Source: Squalus acanthias
Taxonomy: Eukaryota
NCBI GenBank assembly: GCA_030390025.1
Contig: CM059431.1
Location: 114,206,001-114,270,000, forward strand
Direction: 5' to 3'
Length of the DNA: 64,000 nt
Positions 27,945 through 42,522 of this stretch are shown here, in pieces. The position numbers and the translations under genes are program-made. Position 1 is the first letter of the stretch. Each line of letters begins with the position of its first letter. The notes below the pieces were generated by a model. That model had not been told where the DNA came from. It saw only the letters and a list, made by a program, of their open reading frames with translations, and searched no databases.

Positions 27945-30900
27945 CAGGTACCTGTAATGTACAGGCATTGAGTCCAGGTACCTGTAATGTACAGGCATTG
28001 AGTGCAGGTACCTCTAATGTACAGGCATTGAGAGCAGGTAACTTTAATTAACAGGCATTGAGTGCAGGTACCTGTAATGTACAGTCATTGACTGCAGATA
28101 CCTGTAAAATACAGGCATTGATTGCAGATAACTTTAATTACCAGGCATTCAGTGCAGGTATCTGTAATGTAAAGGCATTGAGTGCAGGTACCTGTAATTT
28201 ACAGGCATTCAGTGCAGATAACTGTAATGTACAGGCATTGAGAGCTGCTACCTGAAATGTACAGGCATTTAGTGCAAGTAACTGTGAAGTACAGGCATCA
28301 AGTGAAGGTACCTCTAATTTCAAGCCTTGAGTGCAGGTACCTGTAATTTACAGGCATTGAATGCAGGGACATGCATTATACAGGCATTAATTGCAGGTAG
28401 CTGTAATATACAGGCATTGAGTGCAGGTACATGTAATATACAGGAATTGCACAGAGATGCCTGTAATAGACTGGCATTGAGCGCATATACCTGTAATATA
28501 CAGGCATTAAGTGCAGGTATTTGTAATATACAGGCATTGAAAGCAGGTAACTGTAATGTACATGCATTGAGTGCAGGTAATTGTAATGTACAGGCATTAA
28601 GTGCAGGTACCGGTAATATACAGGCATTCAGTACAAATAACTAATATACCGGCATTGAGTGCAGGTACCTGTAATGCATAGGCATTGACTGCAGGTAACT
28701 GTAATTAACGGACATTGAGTGCAGATAACTGTAATCTACGGGCATTGAGTGCAGGTACCTGTATTGAACAGGCATTGAATGCAGGTACCTGTACTGTACA
28801 GGCGTTGAGTGCAGGTACCTGTAATATACAGGCATTGAGTGCACAAAAATGTAATATACATGTATTGAGTGTTGGTAACTGTAACCTAAATCATTGAGTG
28901 CAGGTATCTGTAATATACACACATTGAGTGCAGGTGCATGTAATGTACATTCAATGAGTGCAAGTACCTGTAATATACAGGCATTGAGTGCAGGTACTTG
29001 TAATGTATCGACATTGAGTGCAATTAACTGTAATGTACAGGCATTGAGTGCAAGTAACTGAAATATACAGGCATTGAATGCAGGTACCTGTAATGTACAG
29101 GCATTGAGTGCAGGTACCTGTAATATACAGGGATTGAGTGGAGGTATCTTTAATATACACGCATTGAGTGCAGGTAAATATAATGTACAGGCATTGATCG
29201 GAGGTCACTGTAATGCACCGGCATTGAGTGCATGTACCTGTAATATACAGGGATTGAGTGCAGGTACCTGTAATGTACAGGCATTGAGTGCAGGGACCTG
29301 CAATGTACAGGCATTGATTGCAGGTAACATTAATTAACAGGCATTGAGTGCAAGTACCTGTAATATGCAGGCATTGAGTGCAGGTACCTGTAATGTAGTG
29401 GCATTTAGTTTAGGGACTTGTAATGTACTGGCATTGAATGCAGGTGCCAGTAATGTATAGGCAGTAAATGCAGGTGTCAGTAATATATAGTCACTGAATG
29501 CAGGTACCTCTAGTGTACAGGCAATGACAGCAGGTACCTGTACTGTACAGGCATTGAGTGCAGATAACGGTAATATAGAGGCATTGAGTGCTGGTACCTG
29601 TAACATGCAGGCATTGAGTTCAGGTACCTGTAATGTACAGGTATTGAGCTCAGGTAACTGTATTGTACAGGCGTTGAGTGCAGATAACGGTAATATAAAG
29701 GAATTGAGTGCTGGTACCTGTAACATGCAGGCATTGAGTGCAGGTACCTGTAATGTGCAGGCATTGATGCAAGTACCTGTAATATGCAAGAATTGAGTGC
29801 AGGTACCTGTAATGTAGTGGCATTGAGTGAAGGGACTTGTAATATACAGGCATTGAGTGCAGGTTTCAGTAATGTATAGTCACTGAATACAGGTACCTCT
29901 AGTGTACAGGCATTGACTGCAGGTACCTGTAATGTACAGACATTGAGTGCAGGTAACCGTATTGTACAGGCGTTGAGCGCAGGTACCTGTAATGTACAGG
30001 CATTGAGTGCAAGTACCTGTAATATACAGGCACTGAGTGCAGGTACAGGTAATATACTGGCATTGAGTGCAGGTAACTGTAATGTAGAGGCATTGAGTGC
30101 AGGTACCTGTAACATGCAGGGATTGAGTTCAGGTACCTGTAATGTACAGGCATTGAGTGCAAGTACCTGTAATATACAGGCATTTACTGCAGGTACCTGT
30201 AATGTACAGGCATTGATTGCAGGTACCTGTAATATACAGGCACTGAGTGCAGGTACATGTAATATACTGGCATTGAGTGCAGGTAACTGTAATGTACAGG
30301 CATTGATTGCAGGTATCTGTAACTTACAGGAATTGAGTGCAGGTACTTGTAATATACAGGCACTGAGTGCAGGGACATGTAATGTACAGGCATTGAGTGC
30401 AGGTACCTGTAATGTAGTGGCATTTAGTGCAGGGACTTGTAATGTACCAGCATTGAATGCAGGTGCCAGTAATGTATAGGCAGTGAGTGCAGGTGTCAGT
30501 AATATATAGTCACTGAATGCAGGTACCTCTAGTGTACAGGCATTTACTGCAGGTACCTGTACTGTACAGGCATTGAGTGCAGATAACGGTAATATAGAGG
30601 CATTGAGTGCTGGTACCTGTAACATGCAGGGATTGAGTTCAGGTACCTGTAATGTACAGGCATTGAGTGCAAGTACCTGTAATATGCAGGCATTGAGTGC
30701 AGGTACCTGTAATGTAGTGGCATTGAGTGAAGGGTCTTGTACTGTACCAGCATTAAGTGCAGGTGCCAGTAATGTATAGGCAGTGAATGCAGGTACCTGT
30801 ATTGTACAGGCATTGAGTGCAGGTGTCAGTAATATATAGTCACTGAATGCAGGTACCTCTAGTGTACAGGCATTGACAGCAGGTACCTGTAATGTACAGG

Positions 30901-33482
30901 CATTGAGTGCAGATAACGGTAATATAGAGGCATTGAGTGCTGGTACCTGTAACATGCAGGGATTGAGTTCAGGTACCTGTAATGTACAGGCATTGAGTGC
31001 AGGTAACTGTTATATACAGGCATTGAGTGCAGGTACATGTAATGTACATACATTGAGAGCAGGTAACTTTAATTAACAGGCATTGGGTGCAGGTACCTGT
31101 AATGTACAGGCATTGAGTGCAGGTACCTGTAATGCACAGGCATTGACTGCAGGTACCTGTAATGTACAGGCATTGAGTGCCGGTACCTGTAATGCACAGG
31201 CATTGACTGCAGGTACCTGTAATGTACAGGCATTGAGCGCATATACCTGTAATATACAGGCATTAAGTGCAGGTACCTGTAATGCACAGGCATTGGGTGT
31301 ATTTACCTATAATATAGAGTCATTGGGTGTAGGTACCTTTAATTTACAGGCATTGAATGCAGGTACCTGTAATGTAGTGGCATTGAGTGCCGGTACCTAT
31401 AATGTACAGGCATTCAGTGCAGATAACTGTAATACACAGGCATTGAGTGCAGGTATCTGTAATTTACAGGCCTTGACTACAAGTACATGTAATATACAAG
31501 CATCAAGTGCAGGTTCCTCTAATTTCAAGAATTGAGTGCAGGTAACTGCAATTTACAGACATTGAATGCAGGTACATGCATTATACAGGAATTGATTGCA
31601 GGTATCTGTAATGTACAGGCATTGAGTGCAGGTACCTGTAATGTACAGGCATTGAGTCCAGGTACCTGTAATGTACAGGCATTCAGTGCAGATAACTGTA
31701 ATGTACAGGCATTGAGAGCAGGTAATTTAATTAACAGGCATTCAGTGCAGGTACCTCTAATGTACAGGCATTGAGTGCAGGTACCTGTAATGTACAGGCA
31801 TTCAGTGCAGATAACTGTAATGTACAGGCATTGAGCGCTGCTACCTGAAATGTACAGTCATTGAGTGAAAGTAACTGTGAAGTACAGCCATCAAATGAAG
31901 GTACCTCGAATTTCAAGCCTTGAGTGCAGGTACCTGTAATGTACAGGCATTGAATGCAGGGACATGCATTATACAGGCATTAATTGCAGGTAGCTGTAAT
32001 GTACAGGCATTGGGAGCAGCTAATGTAATGTATGGGCATTGATTGCAGGTACCTGTAAAATAAAGGCACTGATTGCAGGTAACTTTAATTAACAGGCATT
32101 GAGTGCAGGTACCTGTAATGTACAGGCATTGAGTGCAGGTAACTGTAATGTACAGGCATTGAGTGCAGGTAACTGTTATATACAGGCATTGAGTGCAGGT
32201 ACATGTAATGTACAGGCATTGAGAGCAGGTAACTTTAATTAACAGGCATTGAGTGCAGGTACCTGTAATGTACAGGCATTGAGTGCTGGTACCTGTAATG
32301 CAAAGGCATTGAGTGTAGGTACCTATAATGTACAGGCATTGAGTGCTGTTAACTGTAATGTACAGGCATTGAGTGCTGCTACCTGTAACGTACAGAAATT
32401 GAGTGCAGTTACCTGTAATATACAGGGATTGGGTGCAGGTACCTGTAATTTACAGGCATTGAGTGCAGGTTCCAGTGTTTTACAGGCATTGAGTGCACAT
32501 TCCTGTAATGTACAGGCATTGAGTGAAGATAACTCTAATTAACAGGTATTGAGTGCAGATCCCTGTAGTCTACAGGCATTGAGTGCAGGTACTGTAATGT
32601 ACAGACATTGAGTGCAGGCACCTATATTGTACAGGCATTCAGTGCAGATAAATGTAATGCACAGGCATTGAGTGCAGGTACCTGTAATGTACAGGCCTTG
32701 ACTACAAGTACATGTAATATACAGGCATCAAGTGCAGGTTCCTCTAATTTCAAGAATTGAGAGCAGGTCCCTGCAATTTACAGACATTGAATGCAGGTAC
32801 ATGCATTATACAGGCATTGATTGCAGCTATCTGTAATATACAGGCATTGAGTGCAGGTAGCTGTAATATACAGGCATTGAGTGCAGGTACCTGTAATATA
32901 CAGGGATTGCGCACAGATGCCTGTAATGGACTGGCATTGAGCACATATACCTGTAATATACAGGCATTAACTGCAGGTATTTTTAATATACAGGCATTGA
33001 CAGCAGGTACCTGTAATGTACAGGCATTAAGTGTAGCTACCTGTAATGTGCAGGCATTGAGTTCGGGTACCGTTAATGTACAGGCATTCAGTGCAAATAA
33101 CTGTGAAGTACAGGCATCAAGTGCAAGTATCTCTAATTTCAAGCCTTGAGTGCAGGTACCTGTAATTTACAGGCATTGAATGCAGGGACATGCATTATAC
33201 AGGCATTAATTGCAGGTACCTGTAATATACAGGCATTGAGTGCAGGTAACTATTATATACAGGCATTAAGTGCAGTTACATGTAATGTACAGGCATTGAG
33301 TGCAGATAACTGTAATGTACAAACATTGAGAGCAGGTACCTGTAATGTCGAGGCATTGAGTGCTGGTACCTGTAATGTACATGCATTGAGTCCAGGTACC
33401 TGTAATGTACAGGCATTGAGTGCAGGTACCTCTAATGTACAGGCATTGAGAGCAGGTAACTTTAATTAACAGGCATTGAGTG
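27945..33482 (+). repeat. HOR copy 2 (5,538 bp; 60-bp deletion near 30030, 1-bp deletion near 32592)
   Basis: The 208-aa ORF at 24314 becomes 188 aa at 29913. GGTACTGTAA replaces GGTACCTGTAA at about 32590. Confidence 0.92.
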
Positions 33483-36400
33483 CAGGTACCTGTAATGTAC
33501 AGGCATTGAGTCCAGGTACCTGTAATGTACAGGCATTGAGTGCAGGTACCTCTAATGTACAGGCATTGAGAGCAGGTAACTTTAATTAACAGGCATTGAG
33601 TGCAGGTACCTGTAATGTACAGTCATTGACTGCAGATACCTGTAAAATACAGGCATTGATTGCAGATAACTTTAATTACCAGGCATTCAGTGCAGGTATC
33701 TGTAATGTAAAGGCATTGAGTGCAGGTACCTGTAATTTACAGGCATTCAGTGCAGATAACTGTAATGTACAGGCATTGAGAGCTGCTACCTGAAATGTAC
33801 AGGCATTTAGTGCAAGTAACTGTGAAGTACAGGCATCAAGTGAAGGTACCTCTAATTTCAAGCCTTGAGTGCAGGTACCTGTAATTTACAGGCATTGAAT
33901 GCAGGGACATGCATTATACAGGCATTAATTGCAGGTAGCTGTAATATACAGGCATTGAGTGCAGGTACATGTAATATACAGGAATTGCACAGAGATGCCT
34001 GTAATAGACTGGCATTGAGCGCATATACCTGTAATATACAGGCATTAAGTGCAGGTATTTGTAATATACAGGCATTGAAAGCAGGTAACTGTAATGTACA
34101 TGCATTGAGTGCAGGTAATTGTAATGTACAGGCATTAAGTGCAGGTACCGGTAATATACAGGCATTCAGTACAAATAACTAATATACCGGCATTGAGTGC
34201 AGGTACCTGTAATGCATAGGCATTGACTGCAGGTAACTGTAATTAACGGACATTGAGTGCAGATAACTGTAATCTACGGGCATTGAGTGCAGGTACCTGT
34301 ATTGAACAGGCATTGAATGCAGGTACCTGTACTGTACAGGCGTTGAGTGCAGGTACCTGTAATATACAGGCATTGAGTGCACAAAAATGTAATATACATG
34401 TATTGAGTGTTGGTAACTGTAACCTAAATCATTGAGTGCAGGTATCTGTAATATACACACATTGAGTGCAGGTGCATGTAATGTACATTCAATGAGTGCA
34501 AGTACCTGTAATATACAGGCATTGAGTGCAGGTACTTGTAATGTATCGACATTGAGTGCAATTAACTGTAATGTACAGGCATTGAGTGCAAGTAACTGAA
34601 ATATACAGGCATTGAATGCAGGTACCTGTAATGTACAGGCATTGAGTGCAGGTACCTGTAATATACAGGGATTGAGTGGAGGTATCTTTAATATACACGC
34701 ATTGAGTGCAGGTAAATATAATGTACAGGCATTGATCGGAGGTCACTGTAATGCACCGGCATTGAGTGCATGTACCTGTAATATACAGGGATTGAGTGCA
34801 GGTACCTGTAATGTACAGGCATTGAGTGCAGGGACCTGCAATGTACAGGCATTGATTGCAGGTAACATTAATTAACAGGCATTGAGTGCAAGTACCTGTA
34901 ATATGCAGGCATTGAGTGCAGGTACCTGTAATGTAGTGGCATTTAGTTTAGGGACTTGTAATGTACTGGCATTGAATGCAGGTGCCAGTAATGTATAGGC
35001 AGTAAATGCAGGTGTCAGTAATATATAGTCACTGAATGCAGGTACCTCTAGTGTACAGGCAATGACAGCAGGTACCTGTACTGTACAGGCATTGAGTGCA
35101 GATAACGGTAATATAGAGGCATTGAGTGCTGGTACCTGTAACATGCAGGCATTGAGTTCAGGTACCTGTAATGTACAGGTATTGAGCTCAGGTAACTGTA
35201 TTGTACAGGCGTTGAGTGCAGATAACGGTAATATAAAGGAATTGAGTGCTGGTACCTGTAACATGCAGGCATTGATGCAAGTACCTGTAATATGCAAGAA
35301 TTGAGTGCAGGTACCTGTAATGTAGTGGCATTGAGTGAAGGGACTTGTAATATACAGGCATTGAGTGCAGGTTTCAGTAATGTATAGTCACTGAATACAG
35401 GTACCTCTAGTGTACAGGCATTGACTGCAGGTACCTGTAATGTACAGACATTGAGTGCAGGTACCTGTAACATGCAGGGATTGAGTTCAGGTACCTGTAA
35501 TGTACAGGCATTGAGTGCAAGTACCTGTAATATACAGGCATTTACTGCAGGTACCTGTAATGTACAGGCATTGATTGCAGGTACCTGTAATATACAGGCA
35601 CTGAGTGCAGGTACATGTAATATACTGGCATTGAGTGCAGGTAACTGTAATGTACAGGCATTGATTGCAGGTATCTGTAACTTACAGGAATTGAGTGCAG
35701 GTACTTGTAATATACAGGCACTGAGTGCAGGGACATGTAATGTACAGGCATTGAGTGCAGGTACCTGTAATGTAGTGGCATTTAGTGCAGGGACTTGTAA
35801 TGTACCAGCATTGAATGCAGGTGCCAGTAATGTATAGGCAGTGAGTGCAGGTGTCAGTAATATATAGTCACTGAATGCAGGTACCTCTAGTGTACAGGCA
35901 TTTACTGCAGGTACCTGTACTGTACAGGCATTGAGTGCAGATAACGGTAATATAGAGGCATTGAGTGCTGGTACCTGTAACATGCAGGGATTGAGTTCAG
36001 GTACCTGTAATGTACAGGCATTGAGTGCAAGTACCTGTAATATGCAGGCATTGAGTGCAGGTACCTGTAATGTAGTGGCATTGAGTGAAGGGTCTTGTAC
36101 TGTACCAGCATTAAGTGCAGGTGCCAGTAATGTATAGGCAGTGAATGCAGGTACCTGTATTGTACAGGCATTGAGTGCAGGTGTCAGTAATATATAGTCA
36201 CTGAATGCAGGTACCTCTAGTGTACAGGCATTGACAGCAGGTACCTGTAATGTACAGGCATTGAGTGCAGATAACGGTAATATAGAGGCATTGAGTGCTG
36301 ATACCTGTAACATGCAGGGATTGAGTTCAGGTACCTGTAATGTACAGGCATTGAGTGCAGGTAACTGTTATATACAGGCATTGAGTGCAGGTACATGTAA

Positions 36401-38841
36401 TGTACATACATTGAGAGCAGGTAACTTTAATTAACAGGCATTGGGTGCAGGTACCTGTAATGTACAGGCATTGAGTGCAGGTACCTGTAATGCACAGGCA
36501 TTGACTGCAGGTACCTGTAATGTACAGGCATTGAGTGCCGGTACCTGTAATGCACAGGCATTGACTGCAGGTACCTGTAATGTACAGGCATTGAGCGCAT
36601 ATACCTGTAATATACAGGCATTAAGTGCAGGTACCTGTAATGCACAGGCATTGGGTGTATTTACCTATAATATAGAGTCATTGGGTGTAGGTACCTTTAA
36701 TTTACAGGCATTGAATGCAGGTACCTGTAATGTAGTGGCATTGAGTGCCGGTACCTATAATGTACAGGCATTCAGTGCAGATAACTGTAATACACAGGCA
36801 TTGAGTGCAGGTATCTGTAATTTACAGGCCTTGACTACAAGTACATGTAATATACAAGCATCAAGTGCAGGTTCCTCTAATTTCAAGAATTGAGTGCAGG
36901 TAACTGCAATTTACAGACATTGAATGCAGGTACATGCATTATACAGGAATTGATTGCAGGTATCTGTAATGTACAGGCATTGAGTGCAGGTACCTGTAAT
37001 GTACAGGCATTGAGTCCAGGTACCTGTAATGTACAGGCATTCAGTGCAGATAACTGTAATGTACAGGCATTGAGAGCAGGTAATTTAATTAACAGGCATT
37101 CAGTGCAGGTACCTCTAATGTACAGGCATTGAGTGCAGGTACCTGTAATGTACAGGCATTCAGTGCAGATAACTGTAATGTACAGGCATTGAGCGCTGCT
37201 ACCTGAAATGTACAGTCATTGAGTGAAAGTAACTGTGAAGTACAGCCATCAAATGAAGGTACCTCGAATTTCAAGCCTTGAGTGCAGGTACCTGTAATGT
37301 ACAGGCATTGAATGCAGGGACATGCATTATACAGGCATTAATTGCAGGTAGCTGTAATGTACAGGCATTGGGAGCAGCTAGTGTAATGTATGGGCATTGA
37401 TTGCAGGTACCTGTAAAATAAAGGCACTGATTGCAGGTAACTTTAATTAACAGGCATTGAGTGCAGGTACCTGTAATGTACAGGCATTGAGTGCAGGTAA
37501 CTGTAATGTACAGGCATTGAGTGCAGGTAACTGTTATATACAGGCATTGAGTGCAGGTACATGTAATGTACAGGCATTGAGAGCAGGTAACTTTAATTAA
37601 CAGGCATTGAGTGCAGGTACCTGTAATGTACAGGCATTGAGTGCTGGTACCTGTAATGCAAAGGCATTGAGTGTAGGTACCTATAATGTACAGGCATTGA
37701 GTGCTGTTAACTGTAATGTACAGGCATTGAGTGCTGCTACCTGTAACGTACAGAAATTGAGTGCAGTTACCTGTAATATACAGGGATTGGGTGCAGGTAC
37801 CTGTAATTTACAGGCATTGAGTGCAGGTTCCAGTGTTTTACAGGCATTGAGTGCACATTCCTGTAATGTACAGGCATTGAGTGAAGATAACTCTAATTAA
37901 CAGGTATTGAGTGCAGATCCCTGTAGTCTACAGGCATTGAGTGCAGGTACCTGTAATGTACAGGCATTGAGTGCAGGCACCTATATTGTACAGGCATTCA
38001 GTGCAGATAAATGTAATGCACAGGCATTGAGTGCAGGTACCTGTAATGTACAGGCCTTGACTACAAGTACATGTAATATACAGGCATCAAGTGCAGGTTC
38101 CTCTAATTTCAAGAATTGAGAGCAGGTCCCTGCAATTTACAGACATTGAATGCAGGTACATGCATTATACAGGCATTGATTGCAGCTATCTGTAATATAC
38201 AGGCATTGAGTGCAGGTAGCTGTAATATACAGGCATTGAGTGCAGGTACCTGTAATATACAGGGATTGCGCACAGATGCCTGTAATGGACTGGCATTGAG
38301 CACATATACCTGTAATATACAGGCATTAACTGCAGGTATTTTTAATATACAGGCATTGACAGCAGGTACCTGTAATGTACAGGCATTAAGTGTAGCTACC
38401 TGTAATGTGCAGGCATTGAGTTCGGGTACCGTTAATGTACAGGCATTCAGTGCAAATAACTGTGAAGTACAGGCATCAAGTGCAAGTATCTCTAATTTCA
38501 AGCCTTGAGTGCAGGTACCTGTAATTTACAGGCATTGAATGCAGGGACATGCATTATACAGGCATTAATTGCAGGTACCTGTAATATACAGGCATTGAGT
38601 GCAGGTAACTATTATATACAGGCATTAAGTGCAGTTACATGTAATGTACAGGCATTGAGTGCAGATAACTGTAATGTACAAACATTGAGAGCAGGTACCT
38701 GTAATGTCGAGGCATTGAGTGCTGGTACCTGTAATGTACATGCATTGAGTCCAGGTACCTGTAATGTACAGGCATTGAGTGCAGGTACCTCTAATGTACA
38801 GGCATTGAGAGCAGGTAACTTTAATTAACAGGCATTGAGTG
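33483..38841 (+). repeat. HOR copy 3 (5,359 bp; 30-bp deletion near 35270, 210-bp deletion near 35460)
   Basis: The 151-aa ORF becomes 141 aa (34872) and the 208-aa ORF becomes 138 aa (35421). 5599-240=5359. Confidence 0.92.
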
Positions 38842-41800
38842 CAGGTACCTGTAATGTACAGGCATTGAGTCCAGGTACCTGTAATGTACAGGCATTGAGT
38901 GCAGGTACCTCTAATGTACAGGCATTGAGAGCAGGTAACTTTAATTAACAGGCATTGAGTGCAGGTACCTGTAATGTACAGTCATTGACTGCAGATACCT
39001 GTAAAATACAGGCATTGATTGCAGATAACTTTAATTACCAGGCATTCAGTGCAGGTATCTGTAATGTAAAGGCATTGAGTGCAGGTACCTGTAATTTACA
39101 GGCATTCAGTGCAGATAACTGTAATGTACAGGCATTGAGAGCTGCTACCTGAAATGTACAGGCATTTAGTGCAAGTAACTGTGAAGTACAGGCATCAAGT
39201 GAAGGTACCTCTAATTTCAAGCCTTGAGTGCAGGTACCTGTAATTTACAGGCATTGAATGCAGGGACATGCATTATACAGGCATTAATTGCAGGTAGCTG
39301 TAATATACAGGCATTGAGTGCAGGTACATGTAATATACAGGAATTGCACAGAGATGCCTGTAATAGACTGGCATTGAGCGCATATACCTGTAATATACAG
39401 GCATTAAGTGCAGGTATTTGTAATATACAGGCATTGAAAGCAGGTAACTGTAATGTACATGCATTGAGTGCAGGTAATTGTAATGTACAGGCATTAAGTG
39501 CAGGTACCGGTAATATACAGGCATTCAGTACAAATAACTAATATACCGGCATTGAGTGCAGGTACCTGTAATGCATAGGCATTGACTGCAGGTAACTGTA
39601 ATTAACGGACATTGAGTGCAGATAACTGTAATCTACGGGCATTGAGTGCAGGTACCTGTATTGAACAGGCATTGAATGCAGGTACCTGTACTGTACAGGC
39701 GTTGAGTGCAGGTACCTGTAATATACAGGCATTGAGTGCACAAAAATGTAATATACATGTATTGAGTGTTGGTAACTGTAACCTAAATCATTGAGTGCAG
39801 GTATCTGTAATATACACACATTGAGTGCAGGTGCATGTAATGTACATTCAATGAGTGCAAGTACCTGTAATATACAGGCATTGAGTGCAGGTACTTGTAA
39901 TGTATCGACATTGAGTGCAATTAACTGTAATGTACAGGCATTGAGTGCAAGTAACTGAAATATACAGGCATTGAATGCAGGTACCTGTAATGTACAGGCA
40001 TTGAGTGCAGGTACCTGTAATATACAGGGATTGAGTGGAGGTATCTTTAATATACACGCATTGAGTGCAGGTAAATATAATGTACAGGCATTGATCGGAG
40101 GTCACTGTAATGCACCGGCATTGAGTGCATGTACCTGTAATATACAGGGATTGAGTGCAGGTACCTGTAATGTACAGGCATTGAGTGCAGGGACCTGCAA
40201 TGTACAGGCATTGATTGCAGGTAACATTAATTAACAGGCATTGAGTGCAAGTACCTGTAATATGCAGGCATTGAGTGCAGGTACCTGTAATGTAGTGGCA
40301 TTTAGTTTAGGGACTTGTAATGTACTGGCATTGAATGCAGGTGCCAGTAATGTATAGGCAGTAAATGCAGGTGTCAGTAATATATAGTCACTGAATGCAG
40401 GTACCTCTAGTGTACAGGCAATGACAGCAGGTACCTGTACTGTACAGGCATTGAGTGCAGATAACGGTAATATAGAGGCATTGAGTGCTGGTACCTGTAA
40501 CATGCAGGCATTGAGTTCAGGTACCTGTAATGTACAGGTATTGAGCTCAGGTAACTGTATTGTACAGGCGTTGAGTGCAGATAACGGTAATATAAAGGAA
40601 TTGAGTGCTGGTACCTGTAACATGCAGGCATTGAGTGCAGGTACCTGTAATGTGCAGGCATTGATGCAAGTACCTGTAATATGCAAGAATTGAGTGCAGG
40701 TACCTGTAATGTAGTGGCATTGAGTGAAGGGACTTGTAATATACAGGCATTGAGTGCAGGTTTCAGTAATGTATAGTCACTGAATACAGGTACCTCTAGT
40801 GTACAGGCATTGACTGCAGGTACCTGTAATGTACAGACATTGAGTGCAGGTACCTGTAACATGCAGGGATTGAGTTCAGGTACCTGTAATGTACAGTCAT
40901 TGAGTGAAAGTAACTGTGAAGTACAGCCATCAAATGAAGGTACCTCGAATTTCAAGCCTTGAGTGCAGTTACCTGTAATGTACAGGCATTGAATGCAGGG
41001 ACATGCATTATACAGGCATTAATTGCAGGTAGCTGTAATGTACAGGCATTGGGAGCAGCTAGTGTAATGTATGGGCATTGATTGCAGGTACCTGTAAAAT
41101 AAAGGCACTGATTGCAGGTAACTTTAATTAACAGGCATTGAGTGCAGGTACCTGTAATGTACAGGCATTGAGTGCAGGTAACTGTAATGTACAGGCATTG
41201 AGTGCAGGTAACTGTTATATACAGGCATTGAGTGCAGGTACATGTAATGTACAGGCATTGAGAGCAGGTAACTTTAATTAACAGGCATTGAGTGCAGGTA
41301 CCTGTAATGTACAGGCATTGAGTGCTGGTACCTGTAATGCAAAGGCATTGAGTGTAGGTACCTATAATGTACAGGCATTGAGTGCTGTTAACTGTAATGT
41401 ACAGGCATTGAGTGCTGCTACCTGTAACGTACAGAAATTGAGTGCAGTTACCTGTAATATACAGGGATTGGGTGCAGGTACCTGTAATTTACAGGCATTG
41501 AGTGCAGGTTCCAGTGTTTTACAGGCATTGAGTGCACATTCCTGTAATGTACAGGCATTGAGTGAAGATAACTCTAATTAACAGGTATTGAGTGCAGATC
41601 CCTGTAGTCTACAGGCATTGAGTGCAGGTACCTGTAATGTACAGGCATTGAGTGCAGGCACCTATATTGTACAGGCATTCAGTGCAGATAAATGTAATGC
41701 ACAGGCATTGAGTGCAGGTACCTGTAATGTACAGGCCTTGACTACAAGTACATGTAATATACAGGCATCAAGTGCAGGTTCCTCTAATTTCAAGAATTGA

Positions 41801-42522
41801 GAGCAGGTCCCTGCAATTTACAGACATTGAATGCAGGTACATGCATTATACAGGCATTGATTGCAGCTATCTGTAATATACAGGCATTGAGTGCAGGTAG
41901 CTGTAATATACAGGCATTGAGTGCAGGTACCTGTAATATACAGGGATTGCGCACAGATGCCTGTAATGGACTGGCATTGAGCACATATACCTGTAATATA
42001 CAGGCATTAACTGCAGGTATTTTTAATATACAGGCATTGACAGCAGGTACCTGTAATGTACAGGCATTAAGTGTAGCTACCTGTAATGTGCAGGCATTGA
42101 GTTCGGGTACCGTTAATGTACAGGCATTCAGTGCAAATAACTGTGAAGTACAGGCATCAAGTGCAAGTATCTCTAATTTCAAGCCTTGAGTGCAGGTACC
42201 TGTAATTTACAGGCATTGAATGCAGGGACATGCATTATACAGGCATTAATTGCAGGTACCTGTAATATACAGGCATTGAGTGCAGGTAACTATTATATAC
42301 AGGCATTAAGTGCAGTTACATGTAATGTACAGGCATTGAGTGCAGATAACTGTAATGTACAAACATTGAGAGCAGGTACCTGTAATGTCGAGGCATTGAG
42401 TGCTGGTACCTGTAATGTACATGCATTGAGTCCAGGTACCTGTAATGTACAGGCATTGAGTGCAGGTACCTCTAATGTACAGGCATTGAGAGCAGGTAAC
42501 TTTAATTAACAGGCATTGAGTG
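38842..42522 (+). repeat. HOR copy 4 (3,681 bp; same 210-bp deletion as copy 3 near 40850 plus a 1,708-bp deletion near 40896)
   Basis: Sequence at 40831-40910 joins copy-1 equivalents about 24350 to 24560 and about 24610 to 26318. 5599-210-1708=3681. Confidence 0.9.
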
